A stretch of DNA of 60,456 bases, the filler included, from Sphacelaria rigidula (Eukaryota), in the NCBI GenBank assembly GCA_964200075.2. It is 9 parts of 9 records of this genome, joined end to end, with 100 filler letters (N's around TTAATTAATTAA, not from the genome) between each part and the next. Parts side by side here need not be neighbours in the genome. Positions count along the whole stretch, not along the records: positions 20,188 to 26,816 come from CAXNAA020018960.1; positions 26,917 to 33,544 come from CAXNAA020018961.1; positions 33,645 to 40,272 come from CAXNAA020018962.1; 6 more parts are not named here. One strand, given 5' to 3'. Position 1 is the stretch's first letter, and each line of letters starts with the position of its first letter. Position numbers and translations under genes: made by a program. This document shows positions 21,992-34,012 of this stretch, one piece after another. The notes beneath the pieces were generated by a model. It did not search any database. It was given only the letters and a program-made list of their open reading frames with translations, and had not been told where the DNA came from.

Positions 21992-22738
21992 CTCACCATG
22001 CCCGCAGTTCTCACCCCACCGCTTCTGTCGTCTCTACCTCCACGAACAACACGAGAGCCGCGTTCGGACACTCCCGAACTTCCGGCGCCAGTCATGCCGT
22101 CGTCCCCCGCCTGCCTGCCAGCCGCCCAGGTGACCAGTGATCGCATCTTGTCGCCCCTCACTTTCCTGCGACGACGGGCCGCGCGCAACCTCCACAGCGA
22201 CGCCGACGCATCATGCCGCGCCTCTGACGACGCCCCACTCTGACCCCCGCGTCCACCTCCACCTCTGTCTGCCACCGCGGATAAGCTTTCTCCGGGAGCA
22301 CCTTGACGTGTCGATCTACTTGCCAAATCTCCTCCGCTGGTTGCACTGTCTGTGTCGCCGCCACCGAGGGCAGCCGCCCCCTTGCGTCCCAAGTGTTCGA
22401 TCAATGCCACGCCTCCAGGAGACACGCTGATGACCCCCGAACCTACGGCCTCGAGCAAGGCGGCGGGCGGTGGCTGCGGTGAAGCTGCCGCCGTCGTCGA
22501 GGCTTCGTGGCTGAAGCCGAGGCCTGTCGATTTAGCGTCGTCGTGTGCGTCCGGTACATCGCCGGCAGGTGGCGGGGATTTGCTCCTGCCCTCGGTCGGG
22601 GCAGCGGCGACGGTGGTTAGGCGACGTGTGGGCAGCTCCTGTCCGGCGACGGAGTCTACGCGAATGCCGGCGCCCTTTAGAGTGTGTCGCTCCCGCACTA
22701 CGCCCCGCAGGCTCTCGAACAAGAGCGACGCCGCGGTC
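21823..22738 (-). CDS. VPS8: VPS8 terminal exon D (low-complexity tail, stop at 21823)
   Basis: Pyrimidine tract plus ccccgaag acceptor, phase 2. It continues RTAASLLFESLRGVVRERHTLKGAG (Vps8 TA.SL...G) to LTKRL*. Confidence 0.75.
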
Positions 22739-23046
22739 CTTCGGGGATGAGAAAAAGAGGAGATTTGAAAAAAAAAAAGTGCAAGAGCTTGAGTAGGCGG
22801 TCTGGGTCCATGGATATAAGGAAGACAGCCGCGTGGGCCGAAGCACAAAACAAGCGGGCGTATATTGTAAGGGGATTTTACGGAGCGTGGAATGAATTTC
22901 ACGTCTGCCGATGCGCACCAGAGAGTAGCGGGCACTGCACAGAAAAGGAAAAATAAAAATAAAAATAAGGTAACAGAAGTTTTGCCTTGTGTTCATTTCA
23001 TTTTGCTCAAGATACTAGTCAATATGTGATAATCAATGAATTTATC

Positions 23047-23078
<32 letters not shown>

Positions 23079-23293
23079 GTTCTATCACTCAAGAAAAGAG
23101 CACTTCACCGTAGGCAAGCCCGGTTAACAAGGCGTTATCCTACCGCATGAAATGAACTGTTGTAAATTCAAAACGAAACAAGACAAAACAAACCGAACAG
23201 AACAGAACAGAAAAGAAAAGAAAAGAACCGAGGCAAAATCAGTCGAGCTACAATAAAAGCGTCTGCCCAGTGTCATGCTCCAAGACCGGTCAC

Positions 23294-23420
23294 CTGTGGA
23301 TTGCAGTGTCGTAGGAGTATGTGTCGAGCATCGCAAGAATCACGTGTCGGAACTCTCCCAGACTGCTGCCCGCATGATCGCTGAGAACCTTCCTCACAAT
23401 CACAGGTAGAGGCACATATC
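23294..23420 (-). CDS. VPS8: VPS8 exon C
   Basis: ctgcag|GYVPLPVIVRKVLSDHAGSSLGEFRHVILAMLDTYSYDTAIH|gtgacc, 127 nt, phase 1-2. It matches the Vps8 block M.GYV.LP.I..K...D.....G.F...IL.ML.TY. Confidence 0.88.
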
Positions 23421-24992
23421 CTGCAGCAGCAGCAGCAACAACAACAACAACAACAACAACATTGAGGGTCTAGAAAGAGAGTGAACATCGCGATGGCGCA
23501 TAGGGATTCATCGTGTGAGGAACGGGGGGAGGCCAGGCCGTAATGGTCAGGCATGACGAAATCCCCAACAGCATTTTGGGCATCTCAATCGTGCTAAACC
23601 CGAGATCATTCGCAAAAACAAGAAACAAGACTAAACGATGCAACTGGCTTGCGTGTGCTTGAGAATGTTCACGGCCGAGGTCGAGGTCCACGTCTGTTGA
23701 TATCGGTATGTACACACAAATTCATGTACCATGTAAGTAAGTGCGCCGAGTGATGAGTGCATGCAAGAGGACCGTGACCCACAGCTACGAAGGCAGGGAG
23801 TGGACAAAACAGCTCACCGCAGCTTATCTTGAGCTTGAACGGTCATTTTCCAGGACAATATTTAGCCAACCTCGGCGGAAACCAATCATAAACTCTCTCA
23901 CCATTCAACAAGATGAAAACGCGAACTATAGTTGACACACACACACGCACCTCGAACTAAAGCGCAGCACAGTCTCAAAAACCCCATTCAAGCCACGAAG
24001 TAAAACACAAAAGCCACTGCACTGCATAACCCGAGCATACTTGGCAGCCCAGACAAGCAGCATGCGATGAGCGCTTGCATCGGCAACGTTTGAAGCCGCC
24101 GCTCCGCGACTCGGTGGTCTGAATTAAAATGGTAAAACTTACACCATTAAGGCGGGGAAAACGCGGCATCGGTTGCCGCCAGATGATGCATCTAGGGTTT
24201 TTTTTGCATACCCTGGACAATGACAACAGATTATATTGCCGAAAAATCGTACTGCGTACAGTATAGCATATATTGCATATTGCAAGAGACGCAATCATAG
24301 ACACTGTACGCAGTACACTTTTTGACCATCCATGTAATTCTTTGTCCAGGGTGTGTGTTTCTTGTCAGGAGCAGAGTATCTGCTTTCCGAAGTGGAAAGC
24401 ATGAGGACCTGACGAGCAAAAAGAGTATTTGATTTCAGTTCGTTAAAAGACAGTCGACGCGGTGCGGGAGTGATGGTAGTCATGATCCAATCCGCGATAC
24501 CACAATGTAAAAGACGAGCACTGAGGAAGAGATTACTTCATTCCTTCAGACCACGCACTCATCCCACGCACTTGCCCCGAAGCAGGGGACGAGTTAAAAA
24601 TGAGAGTAAAAATATTAACAATAATGGCAAGATATATCACCCCCCCCGCGCGCGCGCGCGCGCGTACGTCGCCCCGTCCTAAACGTGGCGATACCGGAAA
24701 ATGAAGCAACTCAATGGAGGCGGTCATCCACGTGCAAGATAATCAGTAGGCTTCGGGCCGAACAATCTTAGCAGGATGCAGCTCAACCTTCGTGCGACTT
24801 GCCAAACAGATCTCGGCGCTTCGCGCTTGGTGATTGATTACGAGCCTGGTCCGGCGAAAATCCAGCATGCTCCGTTCTGGCTTTGAAGGTATGCGAGGTC
24901 GATAGTTATGTGACTACGACTTGCAAGATCATGAGTAAACCCCCCGCGCCACCGACCGACCTCACCCAGTCTTCCAATCATCAATTTCTCAC

Positions 24993-25320
24993 CTGCCATA
25001 CTGCTCAGCGTACGCCGTAGTAACGCATCCAAGACACCGCCCATTACCGCAGCAGTCTGGGGCAGTTCGCCGCCTCGCCTACGTCTACCCCGACTACCTT
25101 GGATGGCGACACCGCCGACGCCGTGTCCGCCTCCGACCGTGACTTCCTCCCCGCCACCACGGGACGCCGCTCCCTTGGCACTGAGAATCTTATCCAACGT
25201 CTGGAACCACAGGCTGGCGCTGAGGTCCAGGTCGCCGTCGTCGTCGAAGTCATCGGGGGCTTTGCCGGCGGGGGCTGCCCTCGTCGGGCCAGCGCTTTGG
25301 ATCCCTTCTCGTGCTCGACC
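24993..25320 (-). CDS. VPS8: VPS8 exon B
   Basis: aaagcag|GRARE...SASLWFQTLDKIL...DALLRRTLSSMA G|gtgag, 328 nt, phase 0-1. Confidence 0.85.
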
Positions 25321-25326
25321 CTGCTT

Positions 25327-25364
<38 letters not shown>

Positions 25365-25668
25365 GGGGGGAGGGGGGGGTAAGGGGGGTACACTCATGAT
25401 CATGCAGGGCGGGTTCTCTTGCGAGCATGGGAACGTCGGGTACGGTTTGACATCGCCAACAGTATGCTGCGAAAAAATGGAACAAAAATCACACACACAC
25501 TATTTTTGCCGTTTCTTGAGGTTCTTCTAGCGAGTGTGCCCGTTTATTTTTTCCCTTGGGTACGTACGTCTTATCTTGTCACCACGGCTGAAATCGTCAA
25601 CGATCAGCTCATGTGCCCTCAACCAATCCACCAATCGCTTGATCGATGAATCAACCCATGAAATAAGC

Positions 25669-25702
<34 letters not shown>

Positions 25703-26190
25703 CATGATACGCCGCAAAACATTTCAGTCCATCGCAACGATCTGACAGCCGTACGTACGGAGGGAAAAAAAAACAAAGGCGTACCAACCCACTACCCCAT
25801 CGCCCCGTACAATCCAGGCAACACCGCTAACCATCAGCAAAACCATCGACCGCGAAAAATGTTCGGTTTCCGTCTCACTTCAAATCCCCCCCAACTCCTT
25901 TCAGACCAACCTCTCCGAAAGAGCCTCCAAGGGAAAAACATCCCGTCCGTTTTCCCTCCGCCTCCGGCATTTAATCTGCCTTTTGCTGCGCTTTTGCATT
26001 TTTTCTCGCACAATGGGATCAGCACTCTCACAGCCCATCCACCAACTTCCATCGTTTTCTCCCTTTTTTTTTGTTGTATTCACGCCTACTCACATTTTCT
26101 CGTTTTACGCACACCTTTCCGTTCTTCCTCACCAGGAAGAACGTTCAACAAGCCGAAAAGCATGCCCACCCCACCCACCCACTCACGCAC

Positions 26191-26361
26191 CTCCGCCTCC
26201 GAGTTGCCCGACCCTCCTCCCGACATCCCACCGGCTTCCGCCCCCTGTCTCGACGCAGAGCTCCCTCGAGATGCACTCGGACCTGCACTAACCCCGGCTG
26301 GCGGGGAAGCCCGCTGACACATCTCTATCGCGACCATCAGACTTCGCGTTGCTTCGCGACC
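26191..26361 (-). CDS. VPS8: VPS8 (CORVET subunit) exon A (gene is 5'-partial)
   Basis: ttggaccag|GREATRSLMVAIEMCQR...NSEAE|gtgcgt, 171 nt, phase 0-0. AIEMCQR resembles the Vps8 LCQR motif. Confidence 0.75.
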
Positions 26362-26916
26362 CTGGTCCAAAGAAGCATTGAACATGTCATAGAAGATATC
26401 GGCACGCCAATAGTGGAGAGTACGGGCGAGAGGTCAACAGTATTGTGTGGAGCGATGGCGTGCTGAGAACGTGATCGACCGTGTACCACCAAGAAGAGCT
26501 CCATAACCAAAGGTAAACACGAACGATACGCGACACGGCGTTGACATCATAGACAGAAAAAAGGAAGGCAAAAAAATATACAAGACGCAAACAAAAACGA
26601 ACAGACAGACGAAGTAAACTAACACACTATAACAGGCGATTCTAACGAGGAGGGAAAGCAAGCGAAGGCAAAAACGAGGGAAAAGGGAGAAAAAACAACA
26701 ACAACGTTAGTCGATGGCCAACAGCCAACCGTACAAACGCGCACCACGTTTTACCGTGCACATTCCCCCCCCCCTCTAAAAGAACGCAACTTAGCTGCCG
26801 CCCCTGCGCCCCCCCCNNNNNNNNNNNNNNNNNNNNNNNNNNNNNNNNNNNNNNNNNNNNTTAATTAATTAANNNNNNNNNNNNNNNNNNNNNNNNNNNN
26901 NNNNNNNNNNNNNNNN

Positions 26917-27683
26917 AATCGCGTCTCGATGCTACGATGCAAACCGTGTATCCCCCCTCATGACTCCTCTGACATGCCCAAACAACTGCCGGTAGGGCTT
27001 AGCCAGTATGTGTTGCCCAAGTATGCGATCAAAACTCCGCCGTACCATATGACGGTCGAGGATGCAGAGGCACCACTGGAACGCGTTGAGGTAAATAGGA
27101 TTTCGGGTCATCAACTGGTTCGCGGTCGTGGAGGTAAAGTAGCGGTAATGTATCAAACACATTGGAAGGGTATCATGCGTGTTACGTGGAAGCGTGAAGT
27201 TGATTTACGTCATTTTCGTCAGGAAATATTGCTGTACTGGGTAGGAGATACCGTCCAACACCGCCCGTTGAATAAGAGATATCGGTCGATGCGCAAGGGA
27301 GCTGCCGCTCGGGAAGTGGCACGTGAACACTCAGCGCGGTTTGTTGTGACAGGCTATAGCCTTCTTTCGCGTTCACAATACATGCAGTGTTTTCACGGAA
27401 AACGATTGCCGAAAGGGACGTATTTTTGGAATAAGGCCTTGGATTCACTGTGGTGGTTGGGTAAAGTTCATTTATTTGGTCGATCCTGCGTCTTCTGACA
27501 ACTCCTACTTTATCCGTTTCCTTGATGACCCGAGCCCCCTCAAGATTCGCTTGGATGATGCTTACTACACCGAGGAGCCGACCGCTCGGAAGGGATCCTG
27601 GTGCCTCCAACGACACGATCATGGCGAACTCGAAACAGTCGTTCTACGGAACACGGACACCGCTTGGGACACAGATGACTCAT
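26917..27683 (+). mobile_element. 3' end of a Ty3/Gypsy pol: integrase tail with a chromodomain and a further aromatic-rich domain; one frameshift near 27475
   Basis: VEVNRISGHQLVRGRGG..VMYQTHWKG...TWKREVDL is a chromodomain pattern. It is followed by YFWNKALDSLWWLGKV and, in the next frame, YFIRFLDDPSP...GSWCLQRH. Confidence 0.75.
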
Positions 27684-27931
27684 GACACTTTCTACGATAG
27701 CCCCCCCCCCAAAAGTGCATGGTTTTGGGAGGCAAAATCTTCGCGTAAATCGAACTGGGGAAAGCCGAGCGCAACGAGAAGCTGGGAATTCCCACGCTTG
27801 GCTTAGTTCTAGCCAATGTCGCCAATATGAGGCGTTTCATGCAGCCTGAACCCAAGCATCAGGCGCTGTATGGCCATTTGTTTCGTGACACTATAAGCTG
27901 GTTTTGGGGGGGGGCTATCGTAGAAAGTGTC
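27684..27931. mobile_element. MITE with TIR GACACTTTCTACGATAGCCCCCC and 4-bp TSD TCAT
   Basis: Perfect TIRs of 23 bp or more. TCAT at 27680-27683 and 27932-27935. Confidence 0.92.
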
Positions 27932-28554
27932 TCATGATGCATCCGAGTCTGCTTCCCCAGTCACATTGCGTAGTGTATCGCGTTCGAGTCGCTTGTCTTG
28001 CACCGTAGCGTCGTTGAAATACCCTCCCCTCCCGCCCTTCATTGTTTTTTGTACTGATCAGCCCTGTACTTGTAGTGTTTGATGTTGTGTTTTGTATTCG
28101 GTATTTGTTCTTTTGTTTTTTCCTTTGGTATTTTTTTTGTGTTGTGTTTTGTTTTTTATTGCTTTGGACCTGATTTTGTGTTCCGGTTTTCTTTGCCTTG
28201 CGTCATCTGTGTTTGTGTTTGTGTTTGTGTTTGTTTTTTTGTTGTTGTTTTTCTTCTCTTTTTTTCTTCTCTTTTCGCCTCGTGCTTTGTTTTCGATTTT
28301 TCTGTTCGATGGGTAATTTTCTTGTCTGGGTTCATCTAGCAAAGTACGAGTGACGGCCGTTCCATTCCTGAGCCCGAGTCTGGAACCTTGAACCTCCGTT
28401 CTCCGCGCCGTACATTCCCAACCATTCCGTCTACTGGAACAGTTGCCACGAGTTATTTATTTATGTTTTTTTTCATTGTACTCACATCTTGTCTTGCTTT
28501 GTTTATTGCATGGTCTTCTTTGTTTTTGATTTTTTTGTTTTGATGGAAGAGTTT

Positions 28555-28860
28555 CCGGAGCAAGCGCTAGCCATACCTGACGCCCACGTCTGGAATGTTT
28601 GCGCCCTTGTTCAATCGCTCCGCACGCGAGTGCCGCTTCCCTCTTCGGGACCGGTCATGGCGTGCCCTTTTTGTGTGTAATATGTTGTAGATTTTTTTTA
28701 TTTTTTATTCTTGTCTTTCCGGTCGACAATTTTAGGAGCGAGCGCTAGATATACCTGACGCCCCCGTCTGGTATAATTGCGCTCTTGCCCAACCGCTCCG
28801 TACACGCATACCGCCTCCCTCTTCGGGATCGGTCGTGACGTGTCTTTTTTTTGTGTGCGT
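28555..28860 (+). repeat. Imperfect direct duplication of about 125 bp (28555-28680 and 28736-28860)
   Basis: ggagc.agcgctag..atacctgacgccc.cgtctgg...cctcttcggga.cggtc.tg occurs twice. Confidence 0.8.
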
Positions 28861-30571
28861 ATCACCTTGAGTTTGGTATTAACATGGGCGATAGTACCCG
28901 AAGCCGAATGCCTGAAATGTTTTGATCTTCTTGATTGAAACTTTTGACTCTGCTTGCTTCATACACACGATAACCGCTCCAGTTTACAAGGACGGTTGCC
29001 ACGTGTTGTTTTTCTGCTTCATGTTGCGGATTTCCTTTTCGCTGTTGCCCAGCGTGCCCCTGGTTTTGTATTTATTTTGGTTTTGGTTTCTGCGTCTATG
29101 TCGGGAATTTCGTCACGAGTGTTCCAACGTTCCTGACCCTCGAGTCTAGAACACTATGCCTATTTTTTTTGCGAGTCCTGCCGCATGTGACCGATCTCGT
29201 TTACAGGAGGGTCACGGGTAATGCGACGCGATGATTTATACTTTGGTGATTGGTAAGTTACAACGAGGCCACCACTGGCCGCGTCGTACATAGCGGTGTT
29301 GAAGAATTGTTATTGAAGTCGCGGTATGATCGGTTGTAAACGTCTCCTCATACAGGGCCATTTCGTATCATGATAAGGTAGATTGCTATTTCGGAACTGT
29401 CTGTTCCGCCATGTCGATATTCGACCATTGGTACAGCCTTCAGGCTCAGAGTCCGCCACTCGCTATTTTTTTCTGTCACTTTTACCAGTTTTTTGCGTAC
29501 AATTACCCGCCCCTCAAATCGGTCGGTGGTGTTTTGTTTATATCAGGGAATATTGGACGAAGTAACGTGACGGTACGACCGGCTGTGGTTTTTACTCCAG
29601 TTTGTGTCCGGACCAGCCTCGTTTTAGTCCGAACGGGCAAATACTATGAGGAGCAGGCTGCGTTGGTCCTCTCTGTCCTGTGTATTTGTCGTGACTCAGG
29701 GATGTGTTGGACGATCCGCCTCGGAACTACGTAGTAGGACCGAAGGTTGTGTATCGTTCACTACGTTTCTTTTGAAGTGTACGCACACCTGACCTCACAA
29801 ACCGGTCGGTTGTTTTCGTATCGTCGTGTGAAAAAAAAATGCTGGAAGACTCGATCATCAACCAGACGTTCCAAGCAAGTCGTTGCTCTCACAAACATGT
29901 ACCGACAATTAACTCACATCAAACGGGTTGATTTGTCCGTACCATTCTATTATTTTTTTTTATTAACGTATGGTTTTCGCGGGAAACCACCTTTTTTTTC
30001 GCGACGAAATCGGCTGTACGTTGCTGACTTTTGCTGATTTACTGAGACGAGTTATTAGTAAGAAATTGGTTACCGGAGTGATATAATGTCTTGCCGGGCT
30101 TGCTTGTTTCTCTACCAATGACCTAAAACACATCGGACATCCGGAAAAGAGTGAACTATTTATTCATGATATAATTATGACAGTAAAATGATCTCAATGA
30201 TAGGTCTCCGATTTCCTGTGGCTATCCCGGAAATGCTCACGGCATCCTGAAGACATTGCATTCTGTGGTACATGGTTTTGATTTTTGATTTTGTTTTTTT
30301 TTGGTATTTCCCATGACTCCGTCTGAGGAGCTCACGGAACACGAGGACACTAATTACTGTACGGGTTCGATTACTTTTCTCTTTGCTCTGTTCTTGTGTT
30401 TGTATTTCGTGAATATTTTTTGTGTTGGCCGTCCCTTACCGTTCCCCGTACCAAAGAGGAGTTGATCTTAAAATGGACTCTCAGTTTTCTGTGGTGTGGA
30501 AGAGGTGTGGCTTGATGCAAGTTCGTCCCTTTTGAAAAGTGACTGCACTTGAACGGCTCAGGATGGGCTAA

Positions 30572-31229
30572 CGTGATGGTAAATGACTGAGGGACTGAAT
30601 AAAACCAGTTCTTTGGGATTTACAGATGATCCCCAGAAACGACCGGCGGGTATGAACAGATTGTAGTCGAATGTGTACTTACGTAAGGTAGAAACTGGAC
30701 TAATACAGCCCAATCGGCGTTATTGCGCCTGCAGGCTGTAGTCGGATTGATTGTATCGGATTAGCCATATGGGGCACGTGCCTGCCAGTATAGGTAGATA
30801 AAAGGGCACGCGCCACAACGAGTTGGTATTATGGCCATTGTATGCGTGGCGAGGATTGTTTTAGGGCAAGCGCGAGCAGCGCCCAACATCGCCCACGAGT
30901 TCACTTGCGACCCACCCGCCAGAAAAGGCTACTGTAGAACTAATCACGAGAAGGACATTAGCTTTTCATCTGCTCTGCGCGACGTCTCACCTGCCCGGCA
31001 AGCCGTGACAAGCTAACGCGAGTGAGTCACGTATAACATAACCCCTCGCTCCTTTTTGTCTATCTATTGCACACAAGAGTTTGGGGTCTGGTCTGCAGCT
31101 CAATACAGCTGGCTTGTACTTTAAGAGAAATAAATCTCAGTTGGATATTTCGAGCCGAAATCAGGATCAGCTGGTCACATACTCACCCATCTTGGGTTGT
31201 GGCTTGCTCTGCTAACGAATACTTCGACA
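30572..31229 (+). mobile_element. Solo LTR (about 658 bp)
   Basis: (C)GTGATGGTAAAT...TCGACA, flanks CTAA/CTAT. Homologous (especially its start and 3' half) to the reverse complement of 50230-50890. Confidence 0.75.
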
Positions 31230-31322
31230 CTATTGGGTGGCTGTCGATAAAGCATGGTTGGTTTGTTTAAACGGTGTGCACTGCAATTACGTTGACCATA
31301 TCAAAATCTCTGACTCGAACTA

Positions 31323-31576
31323 GACACTTTCTACGATAGCCCCCCTCAAAAAAGTGCACGGTTTTGGGAAGCAAAATCTTCGCGTAAGTCGAAATGGGAA
31401 AAGCCGAGCACAACGAGAAGCTAGGAATTCCAACGCTTGGGTTCGTTCTAGCCGATGTCGCCAATATAAGGCGCTTCATGCAGCCTGAACCCGAACCCGA
31501 ACATCAGGCGCTTTATGGCCATTTTTTTCGTGACACTTTTAGCTGGTTTTGGGGGGGGGCTATCGTAGAAAGTGTC
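31323..31576. mobile_element. Second copy of the GACACT MITE with 4-bp TSD ACTA; an older relative lies at about 18970-19200
   Basis: Same TIRs and interior. ACTA at 31319-31322 and 31577-31580. Confidence 0.92.
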
Positions 31577-31700
31577 ACTAGAGCACGTAAGAGATTCGTA
31601 ATCAGGTGACATAATCCTTACATTTACTAATGAGTACATAGGCTGGAACGTCACATCCGATTATCAAGGAGGCGGCCGATCGACGGAGGATCGTGAACTG

Positions 31701-32599
31701 TCGTTGGTCTACGTTTTGCAATGGTTGACACAATTTTACAAGTATCGCTACCCTCACCCTTAACCCTTACCTCGACCCAACGCACATCGAGAACCCTCGG
31801 GCGAGGGCGGAACATACACTCCCGAGGCAAAGTGCGGCCTTGGTAGACCCTAAATCGGCGTCTATGGCGCCGATTTCAACGAAAAACGCGTTCTGTGCAC
31901 ACGCGAGGAGCACACAGGACTGGCAGCTGCACTAAAATTCCGCTTCCCGTCGTTCACATTCAAATCGAGAAATATCAACCATCTTCAAATGTACCCCAAC
32001 GCCGGTGAACTCTATTGCACTGCAGTAGAGTTTACCGGCGCTAGGCTACGTTTTAGAATGGTTGATACTACTCGACTTGAATGTGAACGACGATGCTTGA
32101 CTAGCCCCGTCTATACCACCGCTCCTGTTCCTCCTCTCCCATACTTGAAGCGTGGGCATTGGAACTCATTTTTTTTCGGCACGTAGCAGTACAACTCCAT
32201 TTCTATCTCACCCACGCCCCCTCCTCGATAGAGGGCTTGGCCTACACAAACCGCCGACTGTGCGCATTTCGTTTTCATGTAGCTTGTTGAATAGAATGAC
32301 ATGACGATTCAGTAGAGTTTACCCGGCGATGGGCTACGTTTGAAAATGGTTGATATTTCTCGGTCTGAGCGTGAGCGACGAGAAGCGGAACTTTAGTCCC
32401 GTGTGCTCCTCGCGTGCACAGAACGCGTTTCCGTTGAAATCGGCGCCACAGGCGCCGATTTGGGGTCTACCAAGGCCGCACTTTGTGTAGGAAATGTATG
32501 TTCCACCCTATGCGTTGGGTTCGGATTAGGGTTAGGGGTAGCGATACTTGTAAAGTCGTGTCAACAATTCTCAAACGTAGCCTAACGACGGTTAACCCT
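31701..32599. mobile_element. Cluster of ~290-bp MITE-like units (31701-32017 reverse, 32023-32095 partial, 32310-32599 forward)
   Basis: 31701-32017 is the reverse complement of 32310-32590. The unit has its own TIR (cagtagagtttacc.gcg...ggctacgttt) and a ccctaa-like tract. Confidence 0.75.
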
Positions 32600-33877
32600 T
32601 GCACCGCGGTGCGGGTAGTCCAATTGAATCACGCGTACTTTTTTCAAGTGAAAATTGGTGTCGATTCAGCACGCAACCTACCCTCGCGGTCTAAAGATCA
32701 ACTAGCATTTAATCATGCTACACGTCAACGTGTCGTGCAAGAGTTTGTAAGGTGCATGTGACCGTCTTTCGAATAAATAATTGACTCTCAATCCGATCTG
32801 TTATACTCTCAATCTCACGAAAACATTAGTGCACATAACCCTTCTAGGGGGGCTTTATTTCCCTCCACCTAGAGTGACTTTGTGTGGGCTATTATTCCTC
32901 TAGCGGTGTTTAATCGCTGTGGAGGGGGATACCGTCCACTCTCCAGAGGGATCAAACGCCTTCAGGGGCTTTTCCCCCTCTGGAGCGGTAGATTTTCATT
33001 GAGAAGAATTTTGGGGGTAGCCATATGGCCGCGTGTGACGTTCACACACATTTCAATCAGGAGTTTTTGGCAGAGTGCTCTTCATTGTCACTGGGAAGTA
33101 CCAGAATCATCGGTAAATGTTTCTGTACGGAGAAGGTTGTCCACAGAAACATCAACACGAAAAAATGTGTTGTCAAGGCAATGAGAAGTAAGCACTCCTG
33201 CTCTGGGCGTGGTGTTCGCCGTTCTCGCCCAAAAACACGTGCTTTGGCTGCGGTAGTAGCGCTCTGAAAATGCCAGGAAGAAAAACTGAACCAACCATAA
33301 AATATTTTCACCACGACCATGATCATTGGTTTCATCGAGCGAAAATATCAAAGAAGCGGAAGCTAGGAATGTACAATCGAATGAACCCCGACAACTGGCC
33401 AACCAATAAGAATATATTTTTCATTTCGGCACGAGCATGTCGGTCCCAGAGGGTTGCACACTCTCTTAGTTTAGCCCTTCTCTCCCCCCCCCCCCACCCA
33501 CCCAACACCACCAGCCTCCACCCCCCCTAACCCACAAGCCACATNNNNNNNNNNNNNNNNNNNNNNNNNNNNNNNNNNNNNNNNNNNNTTAATTAATTAA
33601 NNNNNNNNNNNNNNNNNNNNNNNNNNNNNNNNNNNNNNNNNNNNAAACCCCGATGTTATCAAACCCAGAACCAAACTGATCCCCCCAACCCCCCCCCCCC
33701 CCCCCTCCCCCCCCCCCCCCCCGCCGCCGCCAGACTACCATAGCAAAAGCCTCTCCACCCCGAGCATTAGCTGCCCCTGCGCATCAACTCTTGCCGCTTT
33801 TTACACAATATGAAAACACGGGCAGACACGCGGAATACTCGGTGTCTGCGGCACTTCATCCATGTATCCCCTTTGTT

Positions 33878-34012
33878 TTACACGCCGACCAGGTCATCCG
33901 GTGCCCCTCCAGCACCCGCATCCGAACCATCCCCCGCCCCTTCCAGCTCCATGGTCTCGATTTGGGGGATGAGCGCTCGCCAAGCCTCTTCTTGTCTTTT
34001 TGTTGCCTCCAC
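33878..34012 (-). CDS. SNX1: Sorting nexin terminal exon
   Basis: aaacag|VEATKRQEEAWRALIPQIE...DDLVGV*, 135 nt. Has the typical C-terminal W..L.P. Confidence 0.82.
   Translation of the reverse strand: MEATKRQEEAWRALIPQIETMELEGAGDGSDAGAGGAPDDLVGV

Noticed and set aside
28058..28342. Lys/Asn-rich and Phe-rich ORFs
   Set aside because: Low-complexity T-rich sequence, open by composition alone.
29200..29750. Extra ORF in the long region after the Gypsy pol
   Set aside because: No long open frame and no recognisable motif.
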